A DNA stretch of 64,000 bases, taken from Squalus acanthias (taxonomy: Eukaryota). The position numbers were made by a program, and so were the translations under genes. The stretch lies in assembly GCA_030390025.1 (NCBI GenBank), contig CM059431.1:119104001-119168000 (forward strand), given 5' to 3'. The notes beneath the pieces were generated by a model. It saw only the letters and a list, made by a program, of their open reading frames with translations. It did no database searches and was not told the DNA's origin. The stretch's first letter is position 1; every line of letters starts with the position of its first letter. Shown piece after piece: positions 59,945 through 64,000 of this stretch.

Positions 59945-61483
59945 GGACAGAAATTTAATGGAGGAGGCGGGATGGGGGCAGGACAACTGGTTTATGGATT
60001 ATGGTCCTGCCCCCAGCTGCATCCGCTCTGCAGATGTGATTTTCCCTCAATTGGTCTTGTTAAGACCGCCCTGCGGGCTTACCGGCCAACTAACAGGAAT
60101 TTCATCAGCCGGTTTCCTTAAAGGGACCACGTCTACATGGAGTTTGACAGTTGTTCTGTCAGTGTTTGACAGCATTGAGGTGCTGCAAACATTGACAATC
60201 ACTGCACAAAGGTGAACGCTTGCACCCAGGCTCTCCAATGACTCCCTCCATATGCTGATGGAGTGAGTCACAGCACGCAAGTAAGTTCTCTTCCCTTCCA
60301 AGGGTGGAAGAGACCTCCCCAGGACACCAACTTAACTTGCACCTCCACCCAACCCTCTCTATCTACTTTATCACTTCCCCATCTCAATCGTCACAACTCA
60401 TACTCACCCTCATCCTATTGCAAGCATACCAACTAACAACACACAAGGGTAGTCACTTGAAAGGTTTAGCCAATGTCCATGTGAAGTTTCTGGTAATGTG
60501 TTGTCATACTGTGAAATTTCTTTTTCAAAAAGTACCCCTTATTGGACAGATCTGAGTGCACCTTGAGAAGTGTCTTACTGAGTTCCAGTGATTGTTCAGT
60601 CATTAATTCCCCCTCCCCCACTCCCCGCTATAGTGATGAGTGTGCATGGAATGGCTTGGACATTAAACGGATGCTTCACGGTGCTGGTGTGGGATGGTGT
60701 CAACCTGGAGCATCATGTGGAGCCAGGGTTAACAGTGTCAAGTGAAGAAAATCTGGCCATGGTGACGCCATTGCTGGCCTCCTGGCCAGCAATTTTATCA
60801 GGGGCTGATACCCTGTGTCCAGTGCAGCATCAGGTGATGGCAGAGAAGGTTGGTGATGAGGTTGGTGATTTTGGTGTTAGGGCTGATCGTGGACGGATTC
60901 GGAGGACCAAGGTCTGATTGTTTCATTGGCTCTGATGTTGCTGGAATAGATGGCAGCTGCAGGTGAGATGAAAGAAGCGATCTGTCAAGGGTGAGAGAGG
61001 TTCTCCCAATGAGGTGGCACTGGACATACAGTTGGATCTAAAAACTTGTAAGCTAAGAAATCAGATATGTATTAAAAACGCAGTAACCAACATTTTCTGT
61101 GCGCTGAAACTCACCATCTGCAACATGGTATCCTTTACACCACTTCTGCAGCTGTCAGCTTTTCACAAACATCAGGGCAGACTCAAAACACGCCAAGTTG
61201 AGCTGGCATGTTCCCCGAACAGCAGGTATCCAATGGGGGAGAAGGTAAAATTAGAAATAAGCCTCAAAGTCTCTTAAATTGGCTCTTAACAAGCCATTTA
61301 AGTCGTTGAATTGTATCCCCCACCACTTGGTGTCGGGTCAGTTCTGCACTGACAGACCCGACACCTGGAAGACTCGTGTGGAGGTGGGTTGACAGCAGGT
61401 TTCCTGCTCACTTTCAATCTTTGCTATTTTGACAGCGGACCCACCTCCAAACCTGCCCCCTCAGCGCTATTAAATTTGCGGCC
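59945..61483. mobile_element. Non-autonomous Harbinger derivative (copy 3 of 3, partly deleted) nested in the CR1
   Basis: GGACAGAAATTTAAT / ATTAAATTTGCGGCC; TSD AAA; CR1 sequence rejoins as GACAGACACAAAGTATTTG. Confidence 0.85.
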
Positions 61484-62773
61484 AAAGTATTTGTTTAATT
61501 TCACTGCCATTTCCTTATTCCCCATTATAATTTTCCTGTCTCAGCCTGTAAGGGACCCACATTTACTTTTGCTAATCTTTTCCTTTTTACATACCTATAG
61601 AAGCTTTTACAGTCTTTTTTTATGTCTCGCGTTAGTTTACTCTCATATTCTATTCTCCCTTTCTTTATCAATTTCTTGGTCCTCCTTTGCTGAATTCTAA
61701 AATCCTCCCAATCCTCAGGCTTACTACTCTTTTTGGCAGCATTATAAGCCTCTTCCTTTGATCTAATACTATCATTAACTTCTCTTGTTAGTCATGGTTG
61801 GACCACTTTTCCTGTGAGGTCTTTGTGCCTTAAAGGAATGTATATTTGTTGTAAATTATGTATTAATTCTTTAAATGCTAGCTATTGCTCATCCACAGTC
61901 ATACCTTTTAATGTAGTTTCCAAATCTATCTTAACCAACTCGCCCCTCATACCTATGTAGTTTGCTTTGTTTAGATTTAAGACCCTAGTTTCATATTTAA
62001 CTTTCAAACTCAATATAAAATTCTCTCATATTATGATCAGTCTTCCCTAAAGGTCCCTTTACAACAAGGTTATCAATTAACCCTTTCTCGTTGCACAATA
62101 CTAGATCTAAAATAGCCTGTTCTCTAGTTGGTTCCTCAACATACTGATCTAGAAAACTATCTTGCATACATTCCATGAATTCGTCCTCCACACTATTACT
62201 GCAAATTTGGTTTCCCCAGTCTATATGTAGATTAAAGTCCCCCATGATTAGTGTATTACCCTTGTTACATGCACCTCTAATTTCCATCTAATATCCTGGA
62301 TGTCTGATGCTAGTAGAATCCATCCTCGACTATTCCTTATTTTTCCTCATCATCTTCTTCTTCCTCTTTTTCAGAGAACAAAAATTTTAGTCAATAATAT
62401 GATGTGCATGAATCATCAGTTTAATTTGCATAAGAAAATAAGAAAAGTCATGGATGAGAAAAGGCCATCAAAAAAGCCATTCCAATAATTTATCACTCTT
62501 TGTTTAAAAAGGATTTTCCTGCTATCTATTTTAAATTACTTTTCACTGATTTCCACTTATGTCCCGTGGCCCTTCTTTCTTGGTTTACTTTGAAGTACTA
62601 ATCTGATTTAACATATCTATACCATTTAAGATTTTATACACTTCAATTTCTAGACTGTAAAATTTTATAGTTCACCTCATTTTTATTTGGAATAAAATTG
62701 TTTTTCTTTTCTGTCCCTTTGCTAATGCAAGGTTATCTATATTCTGGTCCAGCGACCAAGCTTGAACACAATA

Positions 62774-62964
62774 GGGGGCAATTTCTGACTTTGCACTCCC
62801 AATGGGGAGCTTCACCCACCAAGAGCATATTATCAAAATTTTGGGTGCGCACTCCCTACAGTCTTCTGACCATTGGAAGATCATGCATGGTGCCCAAATT
62901 TCCAATATGCGCTCTCAGAGGGTAATGCTCCCTGTTGAGAGTGCAAAGTTGGAAAGTTACCTCC
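62774..62964. mobile_element. Short MITE with ~38-bp imperfect TIRs
   Basis: GGGGGCAATTTCTGACTTTGCACTCCCAATGGGGAGC vs GCTCCCTGTTGAGAGTGCAAAGTTGGAAAGTTACCTCC. Confidence 0.65.
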
Positions 62965-63197
62965 AATATAGAGAGAAATTATTTCCTCTGCTGAGGGAGT
63001 CCAGAACAAGGGTCATCACCTTAAAATTAGAGTTGGTCATTCTGGCGAGATGACAGGAAACACTTCTTGACACAAAGGATAGCAGAAATCTGGAACTCTC
63101 TCCCCAAAGAGCTGTTGAGGCTAGGTCAATTGAAAATGTCAAAACTGAGATTGTTGGATTTTTGTTAACAAGGGTATTAAGAGATATGGAACCAAGA

Positions 63198-63757
63198 CAC
63201 AGTTTTGGTCTCCTTATCTAAGGAAGGATATACTTGCCTTGGAGGCGGTGCAATGAAGGTTCACTAGATTGATTCCTAAGATGATAGGGCTGTCCTATGA
63301 TGAGAGATTGTGTAGAATGGGCCTATACTCTCTGGAGTTTAGAAGATTGAGAGGTGATCTCATTGAAACATACAAAATTCTGAAGGGGATTGACAGGGTA
63401 GATGCTGAGATGTTGTTTCCCCTGGCTGGAGTGTCTAGAACTAGTGGGCATAGTCTCAAGATAAGGGGTAGGCCATTTAAGACTGAGATGAGGAGGAATT
63501 TCTTCACTCAGAGGGTTGTGAATCTTTGGAATTCTCTGCCCCAGAGAGCTGTGAGTGCTGAGTTTTTGAGTATATTCAAAGCTGAGAAAGATAGATTTTT
63601 GGACTCTCGGGGAATCAAGGGATATGGAGATCGGGCGGGAAAGTGGAGTTGAGGTCGATGATCAGCCATGATCTTATTGAATGGCGGAGCAGGCTCAAGG
63701 GGCTGTATGGCCTACTCCTGCTCTTATTTCTTATGTTCTTATGTGCTTATGTTTCTT
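63198..63757 (+). mobile_element. CR1 3' fragment inside an older CR1 remnant (about 62970-63860)
   Basis: IPKMIGLSYDERLCRMGLYSLEFRRLRGDLIETYK... plus 3' tail. Confidence 0.9.
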
Positions 63758-64000
63758 AATAGATTAATAGGTATATAGATTTAAGACACAGATTAACCAT
63801 AATGTAATTGAATAGCAATTGAGGGGCTGAATAGCCTACTGCTGTTCCTATGATCTTCCTTTGATAATATTCTTAGTGCATTCAGGCTAATGCATCGTAA
63901 AACCTTTGCTTCAAATTGAGGACATAAGTCTGCATCTCTTGAATTTGAAGAAAAGCTTTTAGAAGAATTGGCTAAATTAAGAAACACTCAAGGCACAAAT

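Larger units (their letters stand above)
57576..62290 (-). mobile_element. CR1 LINE ORF2 (APE endonuclease to RT to 3' tail) with two nested insertions
   Basis: IMGDFNL, PTREQAILDLVL and KTDH (endonuclease); RT motifs at 59986-58960; C-terminus 58279-57656; tail at 57576. Confidence 0.92.

Overview
This is repeat-dense, essentially non-coding vertebrate DNA. It is most likely from a cartilaginous fish (shark), inferred from HER1-like CR1 LINEs with (CTTATGTT)n tails, Deu-domain tRNA-SINEs and the Penelope-like and Harbinger families present. I could not recognise an intact host gene; every long ORF is a transposon remnant or a simple-repeat artefact. Contents: (1) many CR1 and L2-type LINE fragments of different ages; (2) PIF/Harbinger DNA transposons, including one nearly complete two-gene fossil (HARBI1-like DDE transposase on +, Myb/SANT partner on -), several older transposase relics and about ten non-autonomous derivatives, most with 3-bp TSDs; (3) three solo LTRs with 4-bp TSDs; (4) two SINE families; (5) a 480-bp (AG)n tract; (6) short Penelope-like (PLE) insertions. 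The most interesting signal is that two different PLE terminal-repeat families each carry a minimal type-I hammerhead ribozyme with a palindromic stem III, about 30 nt downstream of a TATA-like box. These PLE pieces occur as fold-back, chimeric and apparently cleavage-site-truncated insertions. All coordinates and alignments were read by eye. TSD-bounded edges should be exact or nearly so; edges of old remnants are approximate.
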